A stretch of 55,343 nt of DNA, taken from NCBI GenBank assembly GCA_036344135.1, contig JAYYUG010000057.1:1-55343 (forward strand), written 5' to 3'. Positions 1 through 9,847 of this stretch are shown piece by piece. The notes below the pieces were generated by a model, which ran no database searches, was not told where the DNA came from, and saw only the letters and a program-made list of their open reading frames with translations. The DNA comes from Pseudomonadota bacterium. Its GTDB lineage: Bacteria > Pseudomonadota > Alphaproteobacteria > MED-G09. The position numbers and the translations under genes were made by a program. Positions within the stretch are counted from its first letter, which is position 1, and every line of letters begins with the position of its first letter.

Positions 1-57
1 AACTAGGGACCTCCTGATCCACAATCAGGCGCTCTAACCAACTGAGCTACGGCTGCC
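1..57 (-). tRNA. tRNA-His (anticodon GTG), 5' portion only; the 3' end lies beyond the window edge
   Basis: Reverse complement of nt 57-1 reads G(-1) GCAGCCG TA GCTC AGTTGGTTA GAGC G CCTGA TTGTGGA TCAGG AGGTC CCTAG TT. That gives the acceptor strand, D arm, anticodon arm with GTG centred in a 7-nt loop, variable loop and start of the T arm. A G is encoded at position -1 (nt 57). Folded by eye. Confidence 0.85.
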
Positions 58-165
58 CATATAAAATCTATTTACCACGGAAGCCAATAAGTTTGAAGTT
101 TTCTCTTATGTGTTTTCACTGTGTTGAGGTCTTAGGCACAGATATGGTACAACGAGCTTGTCATA

Positions 166-537
166 TTAATTGAGATCTACCGCATATCTCTTAAGATCTT
201 CAATATCAACATAATTGAGGGCTCCGATGTGTGTTGATGACAATACAACTTTGGGTGCGGCATTTGCCTCCAAAGCCTCTTGCCATCTCGGCGCACATAA
301 ACACCATTGATCTCCTGGATTTAATCCAGTGAAGCCAGATGCTGGCATTGGAGTGGAAAGATCATTACCCACAGAAGCGCTGTATTCTAAAAACTCCTCA
401 GTCACTAAAGTGCAGACAGTATGGCTACCCACATCTTGATCGGATGTATCGCAACAACCGTTTCTAAAAAAACCGGTCATGGGTGAATTACTGCACTCTT
501 TAAGTGGCTCACCTAAAATGTTAATCGACTCATCCAT
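166..537 (-). CDS. DUF2237 family protein (small Cys-rich conserved protein)
   Basis: 123-aa ORF with the pattern GEPLKEC..SPMTGFFRNGCCDT..D.GSHTVC..VTEEFLEYS...GNDLSTP....GF.GLNPGD.WCLC..RW, which I recognise as DUF2237. Confidence 0.7.
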   Translation of the reverse strand: MDESINILGEPLKECSNSPMTGFFRNGCCDTSDQDVGSHTVCTLVTEEFLEYSASVGNDLSTPMPASGFTGLNPGDQWCLCAPRWQEALEANAAPKVVLSSTHIGALNYVDIEDLKRYAVDLN

Positions 538-660
538 TAAATCTTCTTTCTTGCAAAAAAGAGAATAGTCAATTAGCTGATACGAGGCAACATAAAGAAG
601 GTTATATTGTTAGAAGAATAATCTTAATAATTTCCTTGGTTAAGAATATATTTTAGAAAG

Positions 661-1224
661 TTAAAGTTTATAATAATCTGGAATCTCGTCTCTAGCAATA
701 GGCTGAAGCGTACTCATGGGGTCTTCTCCAAAATAGATATCTTCACCAACCAATTTTGCTTCCGGATCAGCAGGCCACACTGTTATCAGCTGAGTATTGC
801 TAAGCCATAGACTATGGTCTTCTAATCCACCAATGCTTTCTGCAGTAAGTCCCATATTTCTTAAGCTCTCGGAGGTATAAACTTGTTTAACCTGACCTTC
901 CGTAATAATACCAACATCATCGACAATTATTCTTTCAACAACTACTTCAAATTGTTCTCCTCCTGTTGCGAACATATTGGTGTAAAAACTCGATACTTCT
1001 TCATATCCATTGAGGATCATATTCACATCACTAACACGCCAGAAATGATAAATTGGCTCAGCCGTCAAAGTTGCCATTAATGGTTCCAGCTGACCCTTGA
1101 TTTCGGCTTCCATGTGATCAGCTACACCATTAAGTAGTTTCTTGTGTCTTTCGTTTGATGTTTGTTCTGCTTGCAATCTGAGTGGCTCCCAGCTTGCATG
1201 GGGGTCAATTTTCAATCCAGTCAC
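661..1224 (-). CDS. NTF2/SnoaL-like fold protein (function unknown)
   Basis: 187-aa ORF with no TM segments. Length and the layout H.EAE..G....LM.TL...P.YHFW resemble SnoaL-like NTF2 proteins. The family assignment is by eye only. Confidence 0.45.
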   Translation of the reverse strand: MTGLKIDPHASWEPLRLQAEQTSNERHKKLLNGVADHMEAEIKGQLEPLMATLTAEPIYHFWRVSDVNMILNGYEEVSSFYTNMFATGGEQFEVVVERIIVDDVGIITEGQVKQVYTSESLRNMGLTAESIGGLEDHSLWLSNTQLITVWPADPEAKLVGEDIYFGEDPMSTLQPIARDEIPDYYKL

Positions 1225-1338
1225 TTGCTCCTCCTTAAAAAAGATTAATTTTTATTATTTCCTATTATACTTAATAATAGAAAAAAGTTCTTTCTTATAG
1301 AGTTATATCTATTTATCTTCGAAACTGCTTAGGTCTTT

Positions 1339-2589
1339 ATGAATACAGAATCTTACAAGGAAAAGTTTTTTGGATGGCGAATGATTATCGCCGCAAACTT
1401 TATTGATTTCTTTTCTGCAGGCTTAGCGTTTTACGCTTATGCTGTTTTTTTTGGGTTTATTCAAGAAGAGTTTTCGGCCAGTCGTTTTCTTGTTTCGATC
1501 ACTATATCTATCTTAATTTGTTCGGCTGGTGTTATTTCGCCCTTCATGGGTTTAGTCTTAGATAGATTCCCTATTCGTAGGATTTTGGCCATTGGCGCAA
1601 TATTGTTTGGGTCAGGTTTAATTTTGCTGTCTACGGTAAAGAATTTCACTCAATTTCTTCTTATTTATGGAATACTAGTTGCTTCGGGCATGACAATCTT
1701 CGGTAATTTAAGCACCGCTAAGCTTATTTCCAACTGGTTTAAAGAAAAAATTGGAACGGCTCTAGGTTATGCATCTATAGGCCTTTCAATGTCAGGAGTC
1801 ATTCTTCCTCCAATAGTAGTTCTTCTTATTTCTATAGTAGGGTGGAGAAATACATATTTAATCTTTGGTGTGTTCGTATTGATAGTGTGTTCAATATTAT
1901 CTTTAAGATTTGTTATCGATAAACCTTCTGATGTAAACCAACAACCAGATGGAAAATCTGTAAAAGGAATTCAAGACGAAACACAAATTGTTAAAGAAAA
2001 AACCTTTTCTGAGATTCTTGCTGTTCGTTCTTTTTGGCTTTTGGTAATCATTTTCTCATTGCAGATTACTGCAAATTTAGGGGTGTATAGTCACATTCCA
2101 ATTTTTTCTCAAGATTTAGGTTTTAGCCCTATTCAGGCTTCATGGATTTATTCCGTTGCCGCTTTTCATGCTGCCTTAGGTAAGATAGTTTTTGGAAAAT
2201 TGTTGGATTATTTAGGCTCAAGGAGAGCATTATGGATATCGTTATTATGTCATGGCATTGGAATTGCTTCTCTTATATTTTCACAAAATCTTTATTCGCT
2301 ACTATTTGCTGTAATGATAATGGGTCTTGGGCTTGGAGGAACAATGCCTTTAATGAACTCAACTTTTGCTATAGCCTTTGATAATGTGAATTTTGGAAAA
2401 GCCAGAGGTCTTGCCGTACCTTTCATGGTTCCTATGCAAATAGTAGCTGCACCATTATCTGGATGGCTTTACGATACCTATGGCAATTATACTTTGGCTT
2501 TTTCTATAAATGTGGTTCTATGCATCATAGCAGGATTTGTTGTTATGCTTTTGAATCTTCCAGATAGAAGATTGAAGACTGTAAGTTAG
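1339..2589 (+). CDS. MFS transporter (oxalate/formate-antiporter-like subfamily)
   Basis: 416 aa with about 12 predicted hydrophobic helices split by a central hydrophilic loop (KPSDVNQQPDGKSVKG). N-terminal GWRMIIAANFIDFFSAG is typical of OFA-type MFS proteins. Confidence 0.85.
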   Translation: MNTESYKEKFFGWRMIIAANFIDFFSAGLAFYAYAVFFGFIQEEFSASRFLVSITISILICSAGVISPFMGLVLDRFPIRRILAIGAILFGSGLILLSTVKNFTQFLLIYGILVASGMTIFGNLSTAKLISNWFKEKIGTALGYASIGLSMSGVILPPIVVLLISIVGWRNTYLIFGVFVLIVCSILSLRFVIDKPSDVNQQPDGKSVKGIQDETQIVKEKTFSEILAVRSFWLLVIIFSLQITANLGVYSHIPIFSQDLGFSPIQASWIYSVAAFHAALGKIVFGKLLDYLGSRRALWISLLCHGIGIASLIFSQNLYSLLFAVMIMGLGLGGTMPLMNSTFAIAFDNVNFGKARGLAVPFMVPMQIVAAPLSGWLYDTYGNYTLAFSINVVLCIIAGFVVMLLNLPDRRLKTVS

Positions 2590-2611
2590 ATAAGAAATAA
2601 AGGGGAAAGAG

Positions 2612-3415
2612 ATGAGTGAAACATTAGAAGGAAAGATAGCTCTCATACTTGGGGCTGCTGGAAAAGATAATATGGGCCAAGTAATGGCAAGGCGATTTAA
2701 GGAAGAAGGCGCCGAAGTAGTTGTAGCAGGTAGGAACGAAGATTTATTGAAAGATATCTCTGATGAAATTAACGGAAGTTATGCCATTTGTGACATTACA
2801 AAAAAAGAAGACATAGATAATATGATATCAACTGTAGTTGAACGCCATGGAAAACTAAACATAGGTGTGCAAGCGACTGGTTGGGGTTATCTTTCACCCT
2901 TCTTGGAAAGCACAGAAGAAGATCTTGTCAAAATTATGAATCTTCAATTTAAGGGGCCTTACCAGTTTTTTCAGGCCTGTATTCCTGCTATGAGTGAAGG
3001 TGGGAGTATTATTCAAATTTCTTCAGCAACAGCAACGATTATGCTTGATAATCATGCTGCCTATATGGGTACCAAGGCTGGCATAGACCATGTAATCAGA
3101 ACTATTGCCAATGAATTCGGAGAGAAAAATATTAGAGCGAATTCAATATCACCGGGGTTGACTCCAACTCCTATGACAGCTGAAGCAATGGCAGCACCAG
3201 GTTTAGAGGAAGCTTTTAGAAAATGTTACCCCTTAGGTAGAATAGGAACTTCAGAAGATATTGCCGCAGCAGCGGTCTTTTTATCTAGTGATGAATGTTT
3301 TCTTTCCGGTCAAAATCTTCAGGTTAATGGAGGTCTAACATTAAGAAGAAATCCAAGAGGTCATGAAATTGACTCATCCGTGGCTGAGGCTATGGCAGCT
3401 CTTGAAAACAATTAA
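2612..3415 (+). CDS. Short-chain dehydrogenase/reductase (SDR)
   Basis: N-terminal GKIALILGAAGKDNMGQ dinucleotide-binding turn and the catalytic S...YMGTK (YxxxK) motif. An A/G-rich stretch (AAAGGGGAAAGAG) lies just upstream of the ATG. Confidence 0.9.
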   Translation: MSETLEGKIALILGAAGKDNMGQVMARRFKEEGAEVVVAGRNEDLLKDISDEINGSYAICDITKKEDIDNMISTVVERHGKLNIGVQATGWGYLSPFLESTEEDLVKIMNLQFKGPYQFFQACIPAMSEGGSIIQISSATATIMLDNHAAYMGTKAGIDHVIRTIANEFGEKNIRANSISPGLTPTPMTAEAMAAPGLEEAFRKCYPLGRIGTSEDIAAAAVFLSSDECFLSGQNLQVNGGLTLRRNPRGHEIDSSVAEAMAALENN

Positions 3416-3443
3416 TTAAAGTTAACGAAATTAAGAGTTTGAA

Positions 3444-3632
3444 ATGAAAAAGGGCATTAATAAAAAAAGTGATCTGATTGCCGATATCCAAATTGGTCCT
3501 ACTGATCAAGGTATGGTTAGAATCTTTGTATCGTCAGAATCTATAGAACTACCAATGGATTTTACTCCTGAGGAAGCCATTGATATTGCAAATGAAATTA
3601 AGTCATCGGCTTTATTGGTCAATAAAGAATAA
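3444..3632 (+). CDS. Small hypothetical protein (62 aa)
   Basis: The ORF exactly fills the gap between the SDR and the GPH transporter on the same strand. It is soluble and acidic (IGPTDQGMVRIFVSS..ELPMDFTPEEAIDIANEI). I cannot name a family with confidence. Confidence 0.45.
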   Translation: MKKGINKKSDLIADIQIGPTDQGMVRIFVSSESIELPMDFTPEEAIDIANEIKSSALLVNKE

Positions 3633-3660
3633 ACTTTAATGGCTTGTAAGGAGATCCGAT

Positions 3661-5088
3661 TTGTCTGAAAAACTGTCTTTTATTACTAAATTTTATTATG
3701 GCTTTGGTTCGATGGCTTATGGGATTAAAGACAATGCTTTTTCCTATTTTTTGTTGTTTGTTTATGTTCAAGTTTTTGGATTAGCGCCTGATCTGGCAGG
3801 GTTGGCAATATTCGTTATGCTCATTTTTGATGCGATCTCAGATCCTCTGATAGGTTATTTTTCAGATCGAACTCGATCTCGTTGGGGAAGACGTCATCCT
3901 TTCATGTACTTTTCGGCTATTCCCGTAGGTCTTTCCTTTTTTTTACTTTGGGATCCACCATCTAATCTCTCTCAGAATGAACTGTTTTTCTATTTATTAT
4001 TTTTGGGTATCTTTATCCGAACAGCGATAACATTCTACGAAATACCTAGCGCTGCGCTTGGCCCCGAACTCTCAAAAGATTATGTTGAAAGAAGTTCTCT
4101 GATGTCATTTCGATACTGGTTTGGTTGGTGGGGAGGATTGTCGGTATGGAACTCTTTATGGATATTTGTCGTTTATGCTTCGTGGACTGGTTCTCAGGAT
4201 GCAAGGTATATACCCGAAACTTGGGCCATCTATGGTTTAACTTGTAGTGTCATAATGGTTATATCAATTATGGTCACATCTTTAGGAACACACAAAAAAA
4301 TTCCGAATTTGTATTTTCCCCCACCAAGAAATTTAAGTTTGAAAGAAACTTTTGCAGAACTTTATGAAACTATGACGATAAGTCGTGATTATGTCATTCT
4401 GTTTATTGCTATGATTGTAACCGGAATTGCTGGAGGAATAGCAACCAATTTTGCACTATTTCTGTACAGCTTTTTTTGGGAATTTACTCCTTTAAACATT
4501 TTAACCATTGGTCTTACTCTCTTTCTAACCCCTTTAGTAGGATTAAAAATGTCCCCACTACTTGCTGAAAAAATTGGTAAGAGAGAAAGCGTTATCTATC
4601 TATCTATTGGATCTATTCTTGCCGAAAATACAGTAATTATTCTTCGTTTATTGGATTTTTTGCCTGAAAATGGTAATCCCTCAGTTTTGGCTTTTGTACT
4701 AATATTTCATTGGTTTGCAGTTGCTTGCGCAATCATTGCGGGTACTACTCTTGCTTCAATGGTTTTTGATACTGTGGAGGAAGTCGAGAAAGCGACCGGG
4801 AGGAGAATGGAGGGAACCTTATTTGCCGCAAGGTCCTTTGCAGCAAAATGCATGAGTGGTTCAGGCGCTTTTATAGCTGGATTAATCTTGAGTTATGCTC
4901 AATGGCCCAAGGGTGCTATCCCAGGACAAGTACCTTACGATACTTTGTTTACTATAGGTTTATGTTTCGCATGCGCTTCAATTTCTTTATGGGCTTTGGC
5001 TATATTTATCTTGTCCAAAGTGAGTATGAGTAAAGAAAAACATCAAGAAAACCTCAAGACTCTCAAGTACCTTGATACTTCTGAATAA
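3661..5088 (+). CDS. GPH-family (MelB-like) cation symporter, MFS superfamily
   Basis: Hallmark GPH loop DAISDPLIGYFSDRTRSRWGRRHPFM and about 12 TM helices. TTG start preceded by AAGGAG at 3648-3653. Confidence 0.85.
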   Translation: MSEKLSFITKFYYGFGSMAYGIKDNAFSYFLLFVYVQVFGLAPDLAGLAIFVMLIFDAISDPLIGYFSDRTRSRWGRRHPFMYFSAIPVGLSFFLLWDPPSNLSQNELFFYLLFLGIFIRTAITFYEIPSAALGPELSKDYVERSSLMSFRYWFGWWGGLSVWNSLWIFVVYASWTGSQDARYIPETWAIYGLTCSVIMVISIMVTSLGTHKKIPNLYFPPPRNLSLKETFAELYETMTISRDYVILFIAMIVTGIAGGIATNFALFLYSFFWEFTPLNILTIGLTLFLTPLVGLKMSPLLAEKIGKRESVIYLSIGSILAENTVIILRLLDFLPENGNPSVLAFVLIFHWFAVACAIIAGTTLASMVFDTVEEVEKATGRRMEGTLFAARSFAAKCMSGSGAFIAGLILSYAQWPKGAIPGQVPYDTLFTIGLCFACASISLWALAIFILSKVSMSKEKHQENLKTLKYLDTSE

Positions 5089-5122
5089 AATAACTATTCT
5101 TTGAAAAAGAATTTATAATTTT

Positions 5123-6379
5123 TTGGATATTCAAAAAAGTGGAGCTATAGACGTGCAACCTGAGAAGATTGAAGAAATTAGAAAACAAATTGAATATGAA
5201 TATAAAAGAAATTCATATCCAGATGGCTTTCCTCAAATACCTGATCTTTCTGGAAGAAGATATACAGACGAAGAATTTTTTGACTTAGAATTTAAAAATA
5301 TTTTTTTGAAATCTTGGATAATGGTTTTTAGAGAAGATGAATTATCAAATCCAGGTGATTTTAGAATCTTTGGTAAATTACAAAGAGATATATTAATTGT
5401 TAGACAAAAGGATCAAAGTATTAAGGCTTTTTATAATACATGTTCTCATAGAGGAGCTCCGGTTGTTAGAGAAAATGAAGGAAATACAAAATTATTAAAA
5501 TGTCAGTATCATAGTTGGTCATATGATCTTGATGGATCGCTCGTAAGGGTTCCAGATGAACGAGATTTCCTCAATCTTGACCTTTCGTGCAAAGGTCTAA
5601 AAGAAGTTTATTGTGATGTGTGGGATGGATGGGTTTATATTTCTCTATCTGATGATGATCCTGGTCATTTAAGAGACTTTCTTGACCCGGTTGCTTCGGA
5701 GATGGAGTGCTTTAAAAGCTCTGAATTAATTACAATTTGGAAAAATAGTACAGATGTTAAGGCAAACTGGAAGACTTGTTTAGATGCTTTTATGGAGGTT
5801 TATCATTCACCCACTATTCATAAAGATACAGTAAATATTTTGTTGGATGGAAATGGAATGGCTGCAGGTTTATTAAAAAATGGCCATTCTAGAATGGTGA
5901 CCCCTAAAAGAATTAATCTTGACGGAGGAATGTTAGGCGCCGAGGACCAGGATTTTGTGCCTTATATCGAAACTTGCGATAGCATTCATGCTGAAACAAA
6001 TGTCGCCTATTCAATTTTTCCTAATTTTATTACTCCAACGGATACATCTGGTTATGTAGCTATTTTATTCTGGCCAAAAAGTTTACGTGAGACAGAGATT
6101 GAATACATACAATTAGGACCAAAGTGGGAAGAAAAAGAAAAACCCCAATATTGGGTAGATCAGGAAGTTTCCTTTCATTCTATAATGGAAGAGGACTTTA
6201 AAAACCTTGAACCTATACAGAGATCTCATGATTCGGGGGTTTTTAATGAAATGCCATTAAACTACCAAGAAAGAAGAATCTATTATTATCACCAAACAGT
6301 AGATGATTGGGTTGGTCGTGAAAATATTAATAATGAAATGGTTGCAGAAGATATTTTATCACCATTTGTAGAGAAATAA
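5123..6379 (+). CDS. Rieske [2Fe-2S] non-haem-iron oxygenase, alpha (catalytic) subunit
   Basis: Rieske motif CSHRGAPV-(17)-CQYHSWSY and mononuclear-iron motif NWKTCLDAFMEVYHSPTIH (E/D..YH....H). Start is uncertain: TTG at 5123, or in-frame GTG at 5153 with GGAG at 5141-5144. Confidence 0.9.
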   Translation: MDIQKSGAIDVQPEKIEEIRKQIEYEYKRNSYPDGFPQIPDLSGRRYTDEEFFDLEFKNIFLKSWIMVFREDELSNPGDFRIFGKLQRDILIVRQKDQSIKAFYNTCSHRGAPVVRENEGNTKLLKCQYHSWSYDLDGSLVRVPDERDFLNLDLSCKGLKEVYCDVWDGWVYISLSDDDPGHLRDFLDPVASEMECFKSSELITIWKNSTDVKANWKTCLDAFMEVYHSPTIHKDTVNILLDGNGMAAGLLKNGHSRMVTPKRINLDGGMLGAEDQDFVPYIETCDSIHAETNVAYSIFPNFITPTDTSGYVAILFWPKSLRETEIEYIQLGPKWEEKEKPQYWVDQEVSFHSIMEEDFKNLEPIQRSHDSGVFNEMPLNYQERRIYYYHQTVDDWVGRENINNEMVAEDILSPFVEK

Positions 6380-6382
6380 TAA

Positions 6383-7198
6383 TTGCCCTTTATAAAAACT
6401 GAACGTATTGAATTTTACTATCAGATGAAAGGAGATGGCAAAAATCTTCTCTTTATATCTGGTACTGGTGGTGACTTGAGATTATCACCGAACGCCTTTG
6501 ATAATAATCTAAAAGATAATTTTCAGCTGTTAGCATATGATCAAAGAGGTTTAGGTCAAACACAAATTCCGGATGGACCTTATACAATGAAAGATTATGC
6601 GGACGATGCCGCATGTATAATAGATAAATTTGGATGGAAAAAAAGCTTAATATTGGGAGTTAGTTTTGGTGGAATGGTAGCCCAACATCTAGCAATAAAA
6701 TATCCTTCCCTTGTCCAAAAATTGGTTTTACTTTGTACCTCATCTGGGGGAAAACATCATTCTTATCCTCTACATGAATTAGAGGATCTTGATCCTGAAT
6801 CTCATGCCAAAAAATTAATTTCTTTATCCGACAGGAGGATAGACAAAAAATTTATAAACAATAATCCTGATATGTATGAAATGATTTTTAATCAGGTTAT
6901 GCAATATATTCGTAACGGAAATGATAATAAAGGAAAGTCACTTCAATTAGAGGCCAGAAAGTACCATGATACGAATAAAGATTTGCATAAAATTAAGTGC
7001 CCTACTTTGATAGCCGGAGGTTTGTACGACCAAATATCCCCTAAGGAAAATCTAGAAGTTTTGGAAGATTTAATTCCTGGCTCTTACACAAAATTTTTTG
7101 AGGGAGGGCATTCTTTCTTTCTTCAAGACGAGAAAGCGTGGCCAAAAATCATAGAATTCCTTAAAGATGACAGTGATGGACTTAAAGTGGTGAATTAA
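6383..7198 (+). CDS. Alpha/beta-fold hydrolase
   Basis: Nucleophile elbow GVSFGGMVAQ (GxSxG), an N-terminal oxyanion-region segment LLFISGTGG, and a C-terminal GGH. TTG start 3 nt after the Rieske stop. Confidence 0.85.
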   Translation: MPFIKTERIEFYYQMKGDGKNLLFISGTGGDLRLSPNAFDNNLKDNFQLLAYDQRGLGQTQIPDGPYTMKDYADDAACIIDKFGWKKSLILGVSFGGMVAQHLAIKYPSLVQKLVLLCTSSGGKHHSYPLHELEDLDPESHAKKLISLSDRRIDKKFINNNPDMYEMIFNQVMQYIRNGNDNKGKSLQLEARKYHDTNKDLHKIKCPTLIAGGLYDQISPKENLEVLEDLIPGSYTKFFEGGHSFFLQDEKAWPKIIEFLKDDSDGLKVVN

Positions 7199-7213
7199 TT
7201 TTTTTCTAAAAAA

Positions 7214-7591
7214 CTATTTAGATTTCAGGTATAGAATTATAGCCATAAAGAATTCTACTCCGGCAAAAATGGTTTGGGTTTCCTCAAGGCCTTCGAAGTA
7301 AAGGCTAACAGCTCTTCCTAATGCAAGACCAAATATCAGAAGAGAAAAAGCTATAAACCAATCATTTTTACCTGTTGGATTTTGTGTTGCATATAAAATA
7401 CCTAATCCAAGAAAGGCAAAAAAACCACCGAGAGCTCGTATGTCGCTAGTACCCAGATTACCTGTAATTTGTACATGTATAGTTGCATAGTCACTTTCTG
7501 TGAAGAATGCTGGATCTATAACGCCAGAAAGACCTGCAGCAAGCCACGAAATTCCTATAAGATAGCAAAGTATGTTTAATATAAATCGCAT
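7214..7591 (-). CDS. Small integral membrane protein (4 TM, DUF4345-like)
   Basis: 125 aa, almost entirely hydrophobic helices. The family guess is by eye. Confidence 0.55.
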   Translation of the reverse strand: MRFILNILCYLIGISWLAAGLSGVIDPAFFTESDYATIHVQITGNLGTSDIRALGGFFAFLGLGILYATQNPTGKNDWFIAFSLLIFGLALGRAVSLYFEGLEETQTIFAGVEFFMAIILYLKSK

Positions 7592-7633
7592 ATGACTATA
7601 TCTATTATACTAATTCGTTTTGATTAAATAATA

Positions 7634-8788
7634 CTATCTAAATTTTAAATTGTGGCGACCTAGATCTCTAACAGATTTACAACCCATTAGTTTCATGTTT
7701 CTTTCAATTTCTTCCTGAAGAAGACTCATGGCTCTTTCTACTCCTGCTTCTCCAGCTGCAGCAAGTGCATATAGATACATTCTGCCTCCAGAGCAAGCTT
7801 TGGCTCCAACTGACAAAGCTTTTAAGATATGACTCCCTCTTCGAATTCCTCCATCACAAATGACGTCAATCTTATCACCAACTGCGTCAACAATATCAGA
7901 CAATTGATCAAAAGGAGAGCAGGAACCATCCAATTGTCTTCCACCATGGTTTGACACCATAATAGCGCTTGCTCCTACATCTACCGCTTTCATAGCATCT
8001 TCAACTGACATTATCCCCTTCAAGCATAAGTGCTTACCCCATTTCTTATTGATTTCCGCAATACTATCCCAGTTCATATTCTGATCCAGCATTGTGTTAA
8101 AATATTCACCTATCGAAATAGTTATATTAGTACCTTCTTGGACATAATCTTGTAATTGAGGTAATTCAAATTTTTCTCGAAATAAATAATTGAGAGTCCA
8201 ATTAGGGTGAGTAGCAAAACTTAAAAAACTTTTTAGATTTAATTTTGGCGGAGAGGTAAAACCTGTCCTTAAATCTCTTTCCCTGTTGCCCCCGACTATG
8301 GTGTCAACTGTAATTGCTATAGCGTCAAAGTTGTTTTCTTTGCAATTTTCAATCATACTATCATTGAGCCCCTTATCTTTATGGACATATAATTGGAATA
8401 TTTTTGGACATGAATAATTCTGTCCAATTTCTTCGATACTAACTGTTGCAAGAGAAGAAATACCAAAGAAAGTTCCAAACTTTTCTGCGACTTTACCGAC
8501 GGCTCTTTCTCCATCATAATGAAATAATCGCTGAAGAGCTGTTGGAGAGAAGAATAAGGGTAAATTAATTTTTTTACCCATTAGCGAGACGCTCGTATCA
8601 ATATCTTTTACGCCCCTTAAAACGTTGGGAATTAAATCACATTTTTCAAAAGCTCTAGTATTTTGTTTTAATGTAATTTCATCGTCAGCCGCTCCATCAA
8701 TATAATGGAAAATGGGAGAAGGAAGTCTTTGTTTCGCAAGAAATCGAAAATCATTAGTGTTATAACAGTCCTTTAATCTATAAAACAT
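7634..8788 (-). CDS. FMN-dependent alpha-hydroxy-acid dehydrogenase/oxidase (L-lactate dehydrogenase LldD-like)
   Basis: 384 aa. Conserved YIDGAADDE near the N-terminus, the SNHGGRQLD active-site motif and DGGIRRG near the C-terminus. Confidence 0.9.
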   Translation of the reverse strand: MFYRLKDCYNTNDFRFLAKQRLPSPIFHYIDGAADDEITLKQNTRAFEKCDLIPNVLRGVKDIDTSVSLMGKKINLPLFFSPTALQRLFHYDGERAVGKVAEKFGTFFGISSLATVSIEEIGQNYSCPKIFQLYVHKDKGLNDSMIENCKENNFDAIAITVDTIVGGNRERDLRTGFTSPPKLNLKSFLSFATHPNWTLNYLFREKFELPQLQDYVQEGTNITISIGEYFNTMLDQNMNWDSIAEINKKWGKHLCLKGIMSVEDAMKAVDVGASAIMVSNHGGRQLDGSCSPFDQLSDIVDAVGDKIDVICDGGIRRGSHILKALSVGAKACSGGRMYLYALAAAGEAGVERAMSLLQEEIERNMKLMGCKSVRDLGRHNLKFR

Positions 8789-9838
8789 TTAATTCTTATC
8801 CTTTCTTTCAGGAACAAGTTCAATGTTATTATTTATTTTGTACTCTATTTCTTTTCTCGTTTCTGCAATATTTGTCCATCTCTCAGGTGAGGTTGGATGT
8901 GATGAATTATAACTGTTGATCGAGCGTGGATTTTCAGCTGACAATCTTCTCCAAAAATTTTCAACTCCACTAGAGTCAATTTTAGCCAAAGCAAGTATAT
9001 ACATACTTACATAATCAGCCTCTCTTTCAAAATCTTGGCTATACATTTGGGCTCCTATATTTCCAAAAGTCCCTCTAGTATTTACACCCGCGCTTGTTGC
9101 GGCTATATCAAGAATTGTTCCAAGTATAGAGTTATTTATTCTCTTACTAATATGTTTTTCCGAGTTATGCACTAGTTCATGGGATATTATAAATTGTAAT
9201 TCTTTATCTTCTTCTATAAAGCGCATCATGCCCTGAGTAACAAAAATATTTTTCCCATCCGCATATGCATTTAAGTTATTGTTTTGACTTAGTATTATTC
9301 CATAATTACATATCAGTGTTGGTGTGATGTTGTATGATAATATTTGCCCATCTCGGTCAATTGTAATCTTAATGGTATCAGCATTGAAATTACGTAAACG
9401 AATATTTTTAATAATATCTTCATGTGTCCATTTGAAATTTTTGGATTTTATTTCTCTTATAATATCTCCTTTTCTTAAATCGGCATTGAAAGATGGAGAG
9501 TTCTTAATCAAAAATAATATTTTCAATTCTTTGGAGATCCCTATTTTTTCTTTTGCCGCCTGTCGTAATTCTGTCCTTAAATCTTCAAGAGAAATGGCAA
9601 CTATACCAATATCGTATTTAGTATCACTTTTACAAAAAGGTTTAGATGAAGAAAGAATCGGCCACGCAACATTGTTTAATTTCTCTAAGCGTTTGTAAAA
9701 AGTTTCAAGAGCAATCCCCTGCATAATAATTCTTTCTTTCTCTATATCTGCATTTACTCCTCTCGATACTACGGTCGTTGGCGCTTGACAAGATGAAAGG
9801 AAAAAGCATGCAGCTAATATAAATATGATTTTCTTCAT
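8789..9838 (-). CDS. M48-family zinc metallopeptidase, lipoprotein
   Basis: Signal peptide with lipobox FFLSSC and the HExxH zinc motif HELVHNSEKH. A central segment (LRKGDIIREI) looks PDZ-like. Confidence 0.8.
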   Translation of the reverse strand: MKKIIFILAACFFLSSCQAPTTVVSRGVNADIEKERIIMQGIALETFYKRLEKLNNVAWPILSSSKPFCKSDTKYDIGIVAISLEDLRTELRQAAKEKIGISKELKILFLIKNSPSFNADLRKGDIIREIKSKNFKWTHEDIIKNIRLRNFNADTIKITIDRDGQILSYNITPTLICNYGIILSQNNNLNAYADGKNIFVTQGMMRFIEEDKELQFIISHELVHNSEKHISKRINNSILGTILDIAATSAGVNTRGTFGNIGAQMYSQDFEREADYVSMYILALAKIDSSGVENFWRRLSAENPRSINSYNSSHPTSPERWTNIAETRKEIEYKINNNIELVPERKDKN

Positions 9839-9847
9839 ATCAATTTT

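Noticed and set aside
5094-5110. AT-only hairpin ATTCTTT-GAA-AAAGAAT between the GPH transporter and the Rieske gene as a terminator or attenuator
   Set aside because: It is a 7-bp stem with a single G-C pair and only an interrupted T run after it. Such palindromes are frequent in AT-rich spacers, and I cannot support a function.
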